Origin: Amoebidium appalachense
Lineage: Eukaryota > Protista > Ichthyosporea
DNA length: 64,000 nucleotides
Assembly: GCA_963693365.1 (NCBI GenBank)
Contig: CAVNZM010000012.1
Location: forward strand, 7,204,889 to 7,268,888
Direction: 5' to 3'
The position numbers and the translations under genes are program-made. Below the pieces are notes generated by a model. That model did no database searches. It saw only the letters and a list, made by a program, of their open reading frames with translations, and was not told the origin of the DNA. Position 1 is the first letter of the stretch; every line of letters begins with the position of its first letter. Positions 1 through 31,092 of this stretch are shown piece after piece.

Positions 1-2253
1 GAGGAAGACATGTTCTTCTTGGCTGCCTTGGAACCGGCGAGTTCGCTCTCAGCCGTGTGCATGCGAAGGATGTGGACAATGGTGTTTGCAGCCTGGCGAG
101 CCAATTGAAGAGCAAGCAGAACTGCGGCACGACTGTCGCGACCACCAAAGAAGAACACTACTACACGCTTTGACGACAGGCGGCTCCGGTCGGACGGCAC
201 CGGCAGGCTCTCAACCTCCTCCACAACCGTGCCTTCGCCATCCTCATCCCGCTCCTCGCTGTGCCGGAATAGGTTGCGCATGCGAAGGGTTGGCGACATA
301 CCACCGAATGCTTGGTGATGTTGCGGAAGGTCGCCCATGCTGCTGCTGTGCACGGGGCAGGTTGGGGCAACATAGGCGGCCACACCCATGGGGCATTCCT
401 CAAGAAGCTGCCCCAGAACCTCATGATGACTTGTGCCCTGCGAGAAGAACCCTGTTTCGCGGGGGGGCTCAACCCATGGAAGAACGACATAGGTGGCGTT
501 CTGAAGGTAGGCTGCGCTGGAGAGGTCATGGGCAAGGGTGCCGGGCGTAGTGACGGCCATGCGAGATGGTGGGATCAAACCCGTATACCTGGCAGTGGCT
601 CCGGAACAACTGCAGATCCTTGGGGGTCTCCTCGCTGATCCATGTTGCGCGCAGCACACTACTGTTGCGGTCGGACACTTGGAGAAGGCGGAGCGCGGAC
701 AGAGACACAGACGGGTCTTCATTACCATCGCTAGAGCTGCCCAAACGCCGCACTTCCTCAGCGGCTCCTTGCTCGTTGGGTGCATGGGGGCGCAAGGTCA
801 GGCGCTGGGGCTTGTCGGGTGCGCTTACAGACAACGCCTCCGATCTTCGGAAGATGCCAATCAGTTGAACAATTTGGTTGGTGTCCTGGTTCTTCTCCAG
901 CCACACAGTGAGATGTGGGTGTTGGTTGTACTCCTGCTCGAAATCCTCCACAACCTTGAATTTGGCCGACTTGCGTGCTTCGAGACGCTTCTTGATGTAC
1001 GATGGCGGGTACGCCAACCCGAGTAGCGGGGTAGTCATGAAGGTTGTAACTAATGCCATAAGGACCATCACTACAAAGATCTCCTGGTTCAGGGCGCCGG
1101 CATCTAAACCGACGTTCAACACGATAAGTTCTACCAAACCACGTGTGTTCATCAGTATACCAATGGCCAACGACTCACGAACTGTGTGGCCGAGCGCCTT
1201 GGCTGCCCCACCAGCCCCAACGATTTTCGTGCACGCAACAGCGATAACAAGGAAAACCATGCCCCAAGCCGTGCCGGTGTTCAAAGCGCCAATTTGCGTG
1301 CGAAGCCCTGAATAGGTAAAGTAAAGGGGAAGAAGGACGATGGTGATGAAATCCTCGATTTTCTCGATGAGCGTTACGGCAAAACCAGAGTGACGAGGCA
1401 TGGCCAGGCCGGCAATAAAGGCGCCGAAAATAGCGTGAACACCAAGGAACTCTGTAATCCATGCGCTAACGAAGGCCAGAATGAAGGCGGCTACGACTGT
1501 TGCCTGGGTGACGTGATTCTTTTCAAACCTGCTGCTCTGTATGCCCCGGTTCAGAAGCGGGCGAACCACCGCCAACATAAAGACACCAAAAGCACCGGTT
1601 GATAAGAAAACCCACACGACGTTAACGGGGGAACCCGAGTTGTTGCTGATTGCTACGACCAGAGCCAAGAAACCCCACGCAACAACGTCCCCGAGAGCCG
1701 CCGCAGTGATAGATGTTATACCGACAGGGGTAGTCATAAGTTTGCGCTCCGCAACGATGCGTGCAAGAACCGGAAAGGCCGTAATGCTGTTTGCTACGGC
1801 GATGAAGGCCCCGAAGGTGCCGAAACCAACTGTGATTCCAGCCCCGAGCACATTCCACAGCGCCACTGCTGCAGCAAAGCCACAGGCGAAGGGAAGGATG
1901 ATGCCGACCGCCGAAACAATCGTGGCTGCTTTCGCCGTGGTTTTTAAAAGAGCTAGTTCGAGCTCAAGGCCAACGATGAAGAGAAACATGACAAGACCAA
2001 GGTCAGCAATTGCTTTCAGAATCGGCATCGACTTTTCGGGAAAGAGCGTCTCCTGAAACCCGGGAATCCTTCCGAGAACGGTGGGGCCAAGGATGATCCC
2101 TCCCAGAACCTCCGCCAGAACTCGTGGTTGGTTGACATAGCGAAGAAGAACGGCAAAGAAACGACTGATTATGATGATGATGGTGATCTGAACGAGGAGA
2201 AGAGAGATGGGACTCGACAACGGACTCGAGCCATCAAAAACGCTACCCGCCAT
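1..2253 (-). CDS. Cation/H+ antiporter, CPA2 family (plant CHX / fungal Kha1-like), intronless; 3' end outside window; apparent single frameshift near 560-575
   Basis: ORF 526..2289 carries CPA2 motifs (QPRVLAEVLGGIILGPTVLG, FLFIVGLELE, SITAFPVLARI, GVHAIFGAFIAG, LPLYFTYSGLRT, LMNTRGLVELIVLNVG). Likely ATG at 2253 (MAGSVFDGSSP). A second frame from ~560 to the window edge encodes the CHX C-terminal USP-like region (TLAHDLSSAAYLQNATYVVLPW, LLEECPMGVAAYV, VFFFGGRDSRAAV). Confidence 0.92.
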
Positions 2254-3660
2254 GTTGTTGGCGTGAAGGACAAAGCAGCCCAAGTGCACACTATACAGCT
2301 ATCTTGTGTCTAATACTTTATCAGTTTTTCCTTTGGGTGGAAAACTTATAACGATGTCAACGACGTCGTTACTAGCGGACACGTAAACGAAACAAACGTG
2401 TTTTTCAAGTGAGGGGTGTGAACAGCCTTGCTCATTTTGTTTTATAGCAGCGGTCACAAGCCCAGGCATTCACACAGGCATTTACGAGTTTTTCGAATCT
2501 ACGGCGGAACAAATTCTATAAATTAAACTCTAATCTGCCTGTGGGGGTCTAAGATGGTTAATTAAGCGACAAATGGGGCGGAAATGTCTATTAATTTTTT
2601 TTGTTCCTGGTTTTACCTTTTCCGTTCCCATGTTTTCGAATTCATGGCATACCGGTGTGGCGGAAAGCAGACCCGGCCAGGAAGTTCGAACACGATTCGG
2701 CTTCGATTATAAAAGGCAGCAGCTCCGACTTGACAAACACGTAGAAAAAGAGAGATAAAACTCGACACCGTGCAAAAAATACTTCACCAAGAACCATTTC
2801 CCCATGCATCCTGAGTCCTTTTAAGGCCTTAAGCTTTTGATGACGCCGCTCTGAGTTGTCCGCAAGAGCTGTTCGGTAAACTGAGCCAATCATCGATTGA
2901 TTCCCACTAAACCAATCAAAATGCGCTGACGAGAAAAAGGTTCTTCCTACACTCTTTAGCGTTTGGGTGCTGATATTTTCAAATGTTTTTTCCCCAGCAC
3001 AAAGTCTGAAAAATGTCTATTCTGGATTGTAATAACGCAATGCAGCAATAAAACTATTTTTATGCTGTTTTATTGCGTTTTGATTTCTAAATGCAACGCT
3101 CAGTAATATAAAAGCCTCTAAAAATGACGAGCGCTTAATTTATTGCATAGATTTCCATTTTCTGGCGCCCCCCGTCATACATGACGATAATTCGACCAGG
3201 CTACACATTAGATCCACGATTACGCCATTTGTAAGATTTTAGCAGCCTTCGCGATACACACTAATTAAAAGCTGATATTAAGCTTTTAAAGCTTTATTTG
3301 CTTGCTTAGGCTGACTCCCATTTCACAAGCCTCGATCGAGGCTAATCGGGCGATCTGCATGCTGATGATTTTTACGCAAATCCCGCGGAACGTTGCGCGG
3401 GAAAGTTCCGTTCCCAGTACTTTCGCCCATGGACAAGACTGTTTCACACAAGGTGTGAGTAAAACCTCGAGCTTCGACACTCGTGAGACGAAATCTCCTG
3501 CGGAAACATCACAATTTTTTAGGGACGTGCTCTAGTTTTCAAGGGGTTTATTTTTCCCCTATGGAAGGTGTATGCATATGATAGTGGCTTTCACACTGGG
3601 CTCTGCATTGACCCTCTTTTCCCCTGCCGTTTTGGGACTGTGAACGGTTTGATTGAGGTA
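2254..3660. promoter_or_regulatory. Repeat-free intergenic region between divergent CHX (-) and Groucho (+); probable bidirectional promoter / 5' UTRs
   Basis: Head-to-head gene arrangement and AT-richer sequence without microsatellites. A consensus donor GAG|GTAAGT at 3658 and CAG acceptors at 4400/4404 just before the Groucho ATG suggest a 5' UTR intron. Confidence 0.4.
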
Positions 3661-4424
3661 AGTGTTTTTTCTACGTGCCACAAGCCGGTTGCACACTGTC
3701 ACTAGCATAGTGATGGGTTTAGCACTATGAATACTTGAGCATTTTCTATTCTGGAAACATACGTTCGCACAGCAAATTTTTTTCTTCAGTTTACGTGCAC
3801 CAACCTACTACACGATAAGCACAGCACTACAACACACTCACGACAAGCACAGCGCTATACAGCACACACGGAGGAAAATACAGCGTGCAGCAGAGATGCG
3901 TGCGTGTGTTTGAACGAAGGGAACACCCATTATGTGTCTGTTTGCGCGCTTGTGTGTATCTGCGCTTTCTTAAGCTCCGCTAGCATGTTGGGTTGTTCAG
4001 GTTCCTTGTGGTTGTTCGGCTGTTTTTTTATGGCGAGGGTTCTGCGCAGCGAGTTTCATCAGGTTTAGTACTGGTACTGTGCCAGTGTGCAGGGTTTTTA
4101 CACTTTTTCTTTGCTCACATTCTTTTCCTGTCCTCCTGGGCATTCTCTGTCCCCTCGTCTTCTTCCCGTCACTTCCACTTTCCCTCCTTTCCGCGATCGA
4201 TCCATCCACGCGCCAGCCCCCCCCCCCCCCCCCCCCCCCCTCCCTCCCCCCCCCCCACCACCACCCCCTTCCACCTTTCCACCCATCTCTTACCTATTTG
4301 CATACTGCTTCCTTTCCCCCCATACTGCTCCATTTCCTCCCTGCCTTTTTTCTCTTTTGCAAACACTTGCACACCCGAAGGCACACACGTACGAACACAG
4401 ACAGGTGGAACGAGCAGCCAAACC

Positions 4425-20406
<15,982 letters not shown>

Positions 20407-21234
20407 AAAGTATCCACTAGGTTATTATGTTTTGATTTTTTTGCCCATCTAACTTCATATTCTATATGCCGTGTGTGTGCAAGAGGATATGTGACCAGTA
20501 TACAAGGGGATATGTTGATTTGTTTGGAGTATCTAACAGTACATAGAGTTGGTGGTGATGTGTTTTCGCTTGTATGTGGCTAGATAGTAGAGAATAGATA
20601 GTGCTAGGTAGATATCCAGAGAGGGACACCGACCCTGGTTTTTTCGATGTCTATTGGTTATCCCCTTTATCCCCTCCTTCCCTTTACATTTTTTTCCTTT
20701 GTTTTCTTTTCCTTTTTTTTTTTTTTTTTTTTTGTTTTTGTTTTTGTTTTTGTTTTTTGTTTGAAGTTCTATGGTGCCATTATGTTTCGTATTTGTTTTC
20801 GTTTCGTCTTTAGGGTCTGATCTATCTCCTTACGATATTATCTTCTCTCTATGAGGAAGAACTTGATCTGGGAAACCGAAGCAAAACTTGCACAAGTTCA
20901 GCCTTTTTTTGAGCGATGGGGTGAAAAGATTGCCGGGGAAGGTTCAAAATACGTGCTTGTTAGCATGTTGTTTTTTCACTACACACCAATGCAAACAGAA
21001 ACAGAAATTTTGAGTATCTTTGCTTGTGTTTGGTTTTTCGAACACGTGATTCTCGATAACGCTTATAGATTTACTGGTAGCATGGGGTTTGTTTCTATGG
21101 CCTATATCAGTGTATGGAGTTTACTTTCAAGCAATGGACGGTTTTTCATTTAGTTTTCCAACAAAGAGCTCTAAAACCAGCTGCAGTGTTCGATATAATC
21201 TGCTCCCCCCCCCCCCCCCCCCCCCCCCCCAACG

Positions 21235-21290
<56 letters not shown>

Positions 21291-21675
21291 AACTACCAAC
21301 ACCAAAGTGCAAACGCTTACACACGCGCGAGTGCGTACACGCATACCCATGTGTGCACCCACACACACAGGCACAGGCACAGGCACATGCACCCGCGCGC
21401 ACACAGGCACACGTTGCACCCGCCTCCCACAGGAGCTCTAGTACTAGTTCAGCTCCACCCCCCCCCCCCCCCTCCCTCTCCCCCCCCCCCTCTCTCTCTC
21501 TCCAAATGGTACATGTTGTACAATACTTGTGTGATGCAAAATTTGCAAAGTATTGTCAGTCGTGATTGTGTAATTCTTGTTTTACCTCATTATACCCCCC
21601 CCCCCCCCCCCCCCCACAAAAAAAAAAAAAAAAAAAAAAATAACTTAAGTCACTACCTACATTAAATGGTTACTT

Positions 21676-21709
<34 letters not shown>

Positions 21710-22069
21710 GGGGGGGGGGGGGGGAAAGGGGGGAGGACTACATACCATTGGGGAACAAGCGAAGGCGGGTCTTATAACTGGATAGGTTCATGTGCGCATC
21801 GTACGTGCTTCCCTGGCAAACACAGAGCAACATGTACCTACTTAGGAACCCGTCGCTTCGGATTTAAATTTTTACTTCCTCCACAAGGCCACCACCAGCG
21901 ACATGCCTAGTTTTAAAGCTTTATTTATGTGAAACTTTATGGCCGAAAAAAGTAGGAATTTTGGCCACACATGTAAAGAAACTGCACAGATATGGTCACC
22001 CCCGAATATAATTACTCATGTTGACCATACATGTGATAGGCTCTTAGTCAGCGGCAAAATATATCCCTT

Positions 22070-22103
<34 letters not shown>

Positions 22104-22531
22104 CGGCCCCCCTCTCCTCCCCCATGGGCCCAATCCCAACCCCACCCCACCCACAGTACCTCACCCGTTTGAACCCACGCATCACCACCACCGTTACCAG
22201 AACACACACACACACACAAACACCACCTACTGTAACCACGACCACTGGTAACACTGATGATTAACATTTCCGAAGCATATGAACTCTTGTCACCGTATTA
22301 AACAACATTGCGATGTAAGATAAATACCGGTGGTGTACACGGCTACACACACGTATGAAGAGCCAGGAGTCGTCAGGCAAACCCTGAAAAGTTGAAGGGG
22401 AAAAGTCCAAATATTTAGAACTAAGGCAAGAATTCTGATATTGCAGACAAGGTCTGACACGTGTACAGTTGCAAGTCACAGTAGTAAATTCAGAAAAAAT
22501 CGCTCGTAATCATGCTTCTGCGGTCCGTCCG

Positions 22532-22637
<106 letters not shown>

Positions 22638-22788
22638 CTGGGGTGTGGGGGTACGGACTCCGAAGATAAATTTCTTAAAACTCTCCCTCAACTCGACTCC
22701 TTTCGATTGAGGTCTACTATGGTCGGCATTTATCGGTTAAGGCTTTTTTTCAATTTGAAATGGGGGGTGGGTAGTAGTAAATATTGAG

Positions 22789-22825
<37 letters not shown>

Positions 22826-23402
22826 AGCGTCCACCCCCCCACCTGCTCGAAGGAGTGGTGGGTGCCCTCCCCCCCCCCCCCCCCCCCCCCCCCCCCTTTC
22901 CCCAAGCTGACCGCTGGGGTGGTGCCTCCCTCCCTCCCCCCCCCCCCTGCGAGTGCGCGTCTGCGACTTGTGTGCAATGTGGACGTGGGTGTGTGTACAT
23001 GTCAGCAAGGTGGGTGTGTTTGGCCGCATGTACATCATCGCAATACATTCGGCACTGCTAATCACTGTAGTGGCCTGTGTGAGTCAACGTCGTGCCACAT
23101 GTGCAATTGTGTGGACGCAAAATGCGCAAGCATGTGCGAAGTTACAATGCATTTCACGTGTCTGCGAGAGAAGAGCTCGATGTGTGTGTACACGTGTGGG
23201 CCCGGATGTCACAGTGCATGTGTGTGTGTCTGCGCGTTTGTCTGCATGTGTGTTTGTGCATGTATGTGTGTGCCTGTGTTGCCCTTAATATGTGTGTGTG
23301 TTTCTGTTGTTGGTAATGTTGCATGCATGATGGTGCATGACGCATGGATGATTTGCGCCAGACGGATTTCCAGGGGGGCCGGGGGAGCTAGCAAGAGGGC
23401 GC

Positions 23403-23436
<34 letters not shown>

Positions 23437-23847
23437 AGGAGGACACCCATCCCTTCAGGGGGTTGGTGGGTCCTTCCCCCCCCCCCTCCCCACCACACAC
23501 ACACACACAGCCGGTGAAGGGGTAGCGCTAGTGGGTCGCCGCCGGCCTTCCTCCGGGGGGGGGAGCGGGAGTAGACCTACCCCTTCGGTGGGGGGGAAGG
23601 GGGGGGGTCTCACTTCAAAAGGGGAGGGGGGGGAGGGGGGAGGGGTTCCCCACCTCTCCCCCCCAATTTACTGCTACCACCCACCCGTCAAAATCAAAAA
23701 GCCTAATCTAAGGTCGGCTTTAGAATATGTCATATTGCTGACAGTCAGACTCGGTGATTGGCTTTGCCTAAATATGGTGTTGTTTGTGTCTCACTCTCTC
23801 TCTTTTCAAAAATTATTGCGTATTTGCCATACCGTTGAAGATAACTA

Positions 23848-23946
<99 letters not shown>

Positions 23947-23972
23947 TGTACACACACACACACATGCACACG

Positions 23973-24055
<83 letters not shown>

Positions 24056-24269
24056 GCACACACACACACACGCACTGTGCCAGACGGTTTGTGGGCGCGC
24101 TCACATCCATCCACACACGTCCGAGTCGTCATCAAGTTTGTGCGCACGTCACTTAGACAGAAGCACTGAGTTTCTTCACGGCTTAGAGGCACAATCATGG
24201 CCACCCACACAATGTCATACATATACGCAGCTTGAGCACACACACAGTGTACACACACACACACACAGT

Positions 24270-24333
<64 letters not shown>

Positions 24334-24532
24334 CATGTACACCCTCTCTCTTCCCCCCTCTCTCATTCACTTAACCACTCACCAATCGTCTTACACACAC
24401 GCAAACACAAACACACAACGACAGACGCACACACGCACACACCTATGCACGTGCACGCGCACGCACACACACACACTGTCACACACACGCACACGCACAC
24501 CGTGACACACACGCACACACAACACACGTACG

Positions 24533-24605
<73 letters not shown>

Positions 24606-24776
24606 CATCCCCCTCCCCCCCCACTAACTCTCTCTCTCTCTCCAGCTCTCCCCCCCATCCCCCCGCTCTCTCCCCCTCCCCCTCTTCCTCCTTCCCTCCC
24701 TCTCTCCCGCTCTCCTAAACCGCTCTCCTCTCTCTCTCTCTCTTTCTCTCCCTCTCTCTCTCCCTCTCTCTCTCTC

Positions 24777-24877
<101 letters not shown>

Positions 24878-25139
24878 TCTCTCTCTCTCGCTCGCTCGTC
24901 ACCATCCATCCACGGAATGCAGTTGTCACACATAAAACGTACACACACGTACACACACACACCCGCAAGTTGAACCAGTGAGCACAGATGTATGCTGCAA
25001 TTGTCTCAATTCAAATCTTGTCCTAAGTTTCAAGTCAGTGCCGGTGCGAGTGTGGCTACGATGGGGGAAGGAGAGAGAGGTACACCGGAAGGAGCAGCGT
25101 GTTTGTGTTTGTCATCCGGGGCCGCCGCGGGAGGGGGGG

Positions 25140-25171
<32 letters not shown>

Positions 25172-26714
25172 GCGGGGGGGAACTCGGAAGCCGGGGGAGG
25201 GGGGGGGGGGGGGGGGGGGGGGGGGAGGGAGGAAGTGTTTTATTGTAGCTGTGTGTGTGTGTGTGTGTGTGAGTGTGTGTGTGTGTGTACGTGTTTGTGT
25301 GTGTGTGCGTGTGCGTGTGCGTGTGCGTCTGTGTGCGCGTGCGCGTGCGCGTGCGTGTGCGTGTGCGTGCGCGCGTGGGTGTGTGTGTGTGGGGGGGGGG
25401 GGGGCGGGAGGGGGGAGGGGGGGGGGGGGGGAGGGGAACTTCGAAGAAGAGAGGTCGCTGCTAGCCAAGGCCTCCTAGATACAACTACGGAGGCCTTGCT
25501 GTTGGCTCGGACCAGTGCTCCTTTCTTTGTTGACTCAAAGCTTTCACCCTGGAATTCAGGACAGGTTCCCAAGAATCCCAGCCAATCGGGTCTGACGTCA
25601 AACTCGAATCAACGGCAATAACAGCTTTACACAGAGGGGGGTTGACTCGAGAATGTGTCTTGACGCATGATGTTTCAGTCAAGAAAAAATTGGTAGAATG
25701 ATGCCCTAATGTTATTAATAATGACTATGAAATATAAAAAAATATTAAAAGTTGACGGATAAGACCTGTTTGTGCTTCTATATTTTTCATCGAGCTCATT
25801 CAAATTTGGGAAAAAATTGTACCCGAGTGAAACGGTGTTCTAACGTAGATAGAAACTATTGGCTGATAATCACCTACCTGACGCTCTTGCTCTGGATGAG
25901 CCACACGGGATTTGTTGAACGCTCACCGTTGTTACAAACCCTGAACGATTATGCTCAGAATCAACATTGAGTAATAATATAGTACAACAAAAATAGGCAA
26001 GAACACCCTTGGGTCCCAAAAAATAGCAAGGTTACAATATTGAAAGTGTCAGCTGAGGGCCGGCCATAACACCCAAGCACCCTGAGTGGCTGCACAAGTG
26101 ACATCAATAGGAGCCAGTCTTAAAAATTCTGAATATTGCGAACCCGGGAGGACGGCAAAAGACATCCTTCGTAGTTCAAGAAGAAAAATGTTGTCTATTT
26201 CCTGCAACTTGTTCACTGAGAAGTCAAGAAGTAAGACAAGGCGATAAATAATGATTAATTCGCCTTTTTTCCAACTTAAAGGACTTTTTCTTGTGCGATT
26301 AAGTTGGGAAATGCAAGAGCCGTCAAAGCGGACAGCACACCGTTTTTCAGTTTTATAATCCTACACTGATGCTCAATCAACCAATTATAAAACGACGTTT
26401 GTAGCATTAAATCATAGATTATTCAATCTGCTATATTCATTTGTGGGATTGGTTTACGTTTAAAAGTCATTGATGTATGCTTTTATCATACAGAAGATTC
26501 GGGATAATTGGATATCACAGGGTTATATAAACCATTCACAGCCCACGTACCCGATCAGTTCAAAACAATCGAGTAGCCGTGTAAGTGGAGTGTAGAAGTG
26601 AGGATTTTTTCAAGAACATTCCTGAAACGCAATCCTCAATTTCTTTGTCACTGACATGAATCAGTGCTTGAGATTCGCATACGAAAAGGACTTGAAGTTG
26701 AAGAGGGAGGGAAA

Positions 26715-27902
26715 ATGGAGTTTCAAAATTCACAGCAGAGGGTTTCAAATACCCCGGGTCGTACGGCACGTCCAGTTGCAAGGTGAGTTTTTCTAGCCAA
26801 CCCCACTCACTTAGTGCACTTGCCCTTTGTCATGATGTTTAGGAATGCATGGACACTTACATGTTCTGAGTTTTGCAAATGCTTTAGACAGTGTAAACCG
26901 AAGGCTAGTTTTGGCCATGGGCTCCAGTCGGTGGGGCTTGTTTGTTTTTTTTCCCCTAACCCCCCCCCCTCCCCCCCCCCCCCCCCCCCCCCCCTTCCTC
27001 CCTCTCTCCCTCCCTCCTCTCTCTCCCGTTCTCTTAGCCCACGATGTCGTGTCGCTGTTTTCAAGCTTTCATGGGCATGCCTTTTCGAGCTAGTGGGCGA
27101 ACGGCTGCTGTGACCACATATTCTAACTGTGGATCTTTCCCCCCTTTCAAGCACTGCGATAGCACCGTCTTGTGACGGTTGCTGTTGGCCACATGGCCAT
27201 CGAATTCGCGGCTTGCCTCACTGGTGGGAGGTAGCCTATGCCAATAAATATGACTTTTAAAAAAACTCTAAATTTGTCTTGTGGTGTCGACGTTTGGCCC
27301 CTGCTCTCCCCCTTCAGCTCTCATGTTTCACGTTTTCCCCTCGGTTGCTTGAGTTGTCGCCATTTTAAGCACATGCGCGACCCAGAACCACTATGGGTCA
27401 TTCCTTCTCTATATTTCTTGCCCTGTTTACTACTTGCTAGCCTGAACACGTGTTGCATCAACGAGGTCATCACAAATTTGCTACTTGCACAAGCATTAGT
27501 TCCTCGAATTCACCTGTTTTACCCCAACAGCTTTAGACCAGACAACGCGGCCAGCACGAAACCGACCTCTGTGCGGCTACCACCGCTACAAAACATTAAG
27601 ATTGGAGCTCACGAGATTACCCCTCTCCCCTTGTGGCAGTTACTGTGCATCGGTTTGCTGGGTCTCTCCGTAGAGTTCTGCTGGGCGGCAGGCGAGGCAG
27701 TAATCATCCCTTACTTGACTGGCATGGGCTTGCCGGTCGAGCTTGCAGGGTTGGTGTGGCTGGCGAATCCCATGATTGCTGTGTTTTTCCAGCCGTTGCT
27801 TGGTTCTCTTAGCGACAGGTGCACGCTAAAAATGGGCCGCAGGAGACCGTTCATCATCGGGCTGACCATTCTTGGGTAAGTGTGCACGGGGATGCAAATT
27901 GT

Positions 27903-27934
<32 letters not shown>

Positions 27935-29065
27935 TTGCCCTGTTGTTTGGAGAGTTTTGAGTGATTTTGGGGTTGTGCGTCTTATCTTGCTCGTTTGCAG
28001 GAGCTGATGGGGTTACCGTGCTCCATTGGTTGTTTATAGCAGACAACTTTTTTGTTAGAGAGACTGCTGGATGTCGATTTTTTGCTGAATCACTGACTTC
28101 AAACCTTTTCTTGCAGGTGCATCGGCATCCTCGGATTGGTATTTGGACCTCAGATGGTCAGTGGGGGCAGCGGGGTAATAGCCCTCAGTTTTGTTGCCTA
28201 CGCCCTTGCTGACATTGCGCACAACTGTCTCATTGGTTTCGGCAGAATGCTTTTGGGTGACCTTTGCCTTTCGGAGCAGACACAGACGGCCCATGCCACG
28301 TTTTCAATGCTTCAGATGTTCGGAAGGTTGTTGGCTCTTCTCGCTGGAATCGTGAACCTGTCAGTTTTGTTTCCGTTTTTCACCACCGATGCCCATACCC
28401 ATTCACTTCTATTCCTCAGTTTTTGGGTTCTTGGTGTGTGTGCGGCGGTTGCGTGTTTTGCGGCGAAAGAGCAGCCGCTTGAGCACAGGCCTATTGCAGT
28501 TGAGAGCGGATACTCGGAAAAAAGCCCACTCATCAGATCACCTAGCAAGAAACGTGGTCACGATTATACCCTTGCGCATACACCAACGGAAACGGAAGAG
28601 TTTTTCGGTGCGGAGAAGAAAAAGGATGCGTGGTGGCGGCTCCCGGCGGATTTGTACGAACTCCTTGCGCTCACGTTTTTCGGGTGGGTGGCGTTTATGG
28701 CGCAGGGGTTTTATTGGACGGAGTGGATTGGTCTTGACACGTTGGTGCCGGGCACAAACATGCGCGAGGCGTTCTTCACGCTTACGTTGTTTGCCTGTGC
28801 ATCTATGGTTACTGTTGCACTGATGCCTTTTTTGGTTAGTAACGCCAACCCCCCCCCCCCCCCACCCCCCCCCCGGTCCCTTCTTCCCCTCCGTCTCTGC
28901 TCTATACCCCTTTCTCTCCATTGCTTTAGAACAAACAAAGAGCACAATTTCATTTTCATAGCTCTTGTCATTGTCACTGCACAAACAATCTTCATTTTGT
29001 AACAGAATCTCGTTACCGACACACACGACACGGCATGCACCATGCATATTTTGTTTCTTTCTCCC

Positions 29066-29096
<31 letters not shown>

Positions 29097-29519
29097 AAAA
29101 AAAAAAAAGAAAACTCATTCTCTGCAGGCTGGTCTGACTCATTTTTCACCATACCGTTTTCTTTCTCATTCTAACACAATCCGGTATACACCCACCCGCA
29201 CACAGAACAAGGCAGGAGCCATGCGTGTGTTCGTCCTCGGCCAACTTCTTCTCATGTCCGCGATGGTCCTGACTCCCCTCGTCGAAAACGTAACGTCAGC
29301 ATCCGGTGTAATGGTAGCGAGCGGTATTGCCTATGCGATACACAGCAACAACTCGTTTATGTTGTGTGATCAACTGGTGGATGGATACGATGAGGAACGA
29401 AGGGGTCTCTATGCCAGTCTGGTCAATGCTACTTTGACTGTGGGCCAGATTATTGTCGGCGCTTTTGCTGGGTATGTGTACCCCCACCCCTTATTTTTTA
29501 TATTTTTTTTTCTTGCTTT

Positions 29520-29570
<51 letters not shown>

Positions 29571-29790
29571 AAAAAAAAAAATTGCAGGGGAAGATCTGGG
29601 ATATAGGAGTCTAAGCTGTCTTTCTCTTGACCACATGACCGTATTACTGACGTAACATGTACTCCACAGGCTGATGATCAAGTGTATGAATGGCCAAATC
29701 GACATTTTCTTTGCAGTGATCGGCGTTGCGGGGGTAGTGGCGGTTGTTGCTACTGTTGTGCTCGCCAGATTTTTCAAGTCAAGGAAGTAG
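26715..29790 (+). CDS. MFS GPH-family sugar/H+ symporter (plant SUT/SUC, SLC45/MATP, Sut1-like). Exons 26715-26782, 27531-27875, 28117-28834, 29206-29471, 29670-29790
   Basis: VEFCWAAGEAVIIPYL, LVWLANPMIAVFFQPLLGSLSDRCTLKMGRRRPFI, GRMLLGDL, TFFGWVAF..YWTEWIG and RGLYASLVNATLTVGQIIV are SLC45/SUT hallmarks. All junctions are GT-AG and phase-compatible. Exon 1 is less certain. Confidence 0.87.
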
Positions 29791-30994
29791 ACTAAATTTC
29801 ATCCGGTGGTTTTCAACCTAGTGAAAAACGGACTCGGTTTTCTTTTACAGTTTTCCAGTAACTTTTGTCTGTTAACGTTGTATGTATGTGATGTTTTTTG
29901 ATGAGAATGTGCAACTCTTCCACTATAAAAGTAGTGTTGCGAAAGAAAAGAGGCACACCACTTTTCGTAATGATTCGAATGTATATGCTCCTGACGAGGT
30001 AGAGATTTTCGAAGTATACGCAGAAGTTTTTCTTCCGTAGGATATCAATGCTGGAAATTCGATATGCCTAATACATAGCAACAGAAATCTGTAAATGATC
30101 ATTCATTAGCAGAGCTTGCTTCCCGCTCTTGCGCTTTCTTGCTGTTTTTTGAAAACTGAAACTGCATGTATTCTGTATTATGGGTGACTTTATACATACC
30201 CGTCTTTGACGGGGCCAAAAAAAAAAAAATGGTAATATTTCTTAAAATTTTTGTTGTTCTTTGGCAGTCTCGTGGAGCATTTCCGGGACCCCCCCCCCCT
30301 TCCTTTCTCTCAATCCCTACGCTCAACTTATTTTACTGCGCCTTTAACCTCTTCGGGCCGGCCCTAATTGATTTGGCCGGCAGCCGGCCAGTTCTAAACA
30401 GCTCTAAACAACTCTATTGCAGCTCAAAATCGATAGAAAAGGTTCAAATAAATTGTAAATATCGCCACGTATATGTCTTACCTACATATGTTTCTAAGTT
30501 GGTTTGGGGAAAATATCATTAATTCGTGTACTTTTGTATCTGTTTCTGTGTTTCTGAAGTGACTATCTAGGGGAAATTGCCGGTATGAACAGGTTAATTA
30601 AATTGTTTCGTTGTGGTAGTTAATATATATGCACGTATGCACGGGCACTTCTGATTCGTGACTATGGGTAATCGTAACAGAGAGAGACTTTTGCGTTCGT
30701 TGCGAGTCCTCCTTCCATTCGAAAACTTTCTCTTTTCAACCAGAGCAATAGGCAGCTGGTCAATTTTGGAAAAACTTTATGAACGCCGAAAGAAGTCTGG
30801 AACAGTGGTGTCTTGGTCATAGACACCGTCGGAGTTCAGTGCCCCTCACCCCCTCAATATGCCAACTCCTCCGCTGCCTGAACATACCCCCCCCCCCCCC
30901 CCCCAATCGATGAGAGTGGAAGGGAGGTAGAGAGGCGGAGAGGGGGAGGCGGGGGAGATGGAGGGGGGGGGGGGGGGGGGGGGGGGAGAGAGGG

Positions 30995-31092
<98 letters not shown>

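Noticed and set aside
161-535. Separate 124-aa ORF downstream of CHX
   Set aside because: Wrong frame; the third minus frame carries the CHX C-terminal motifs.
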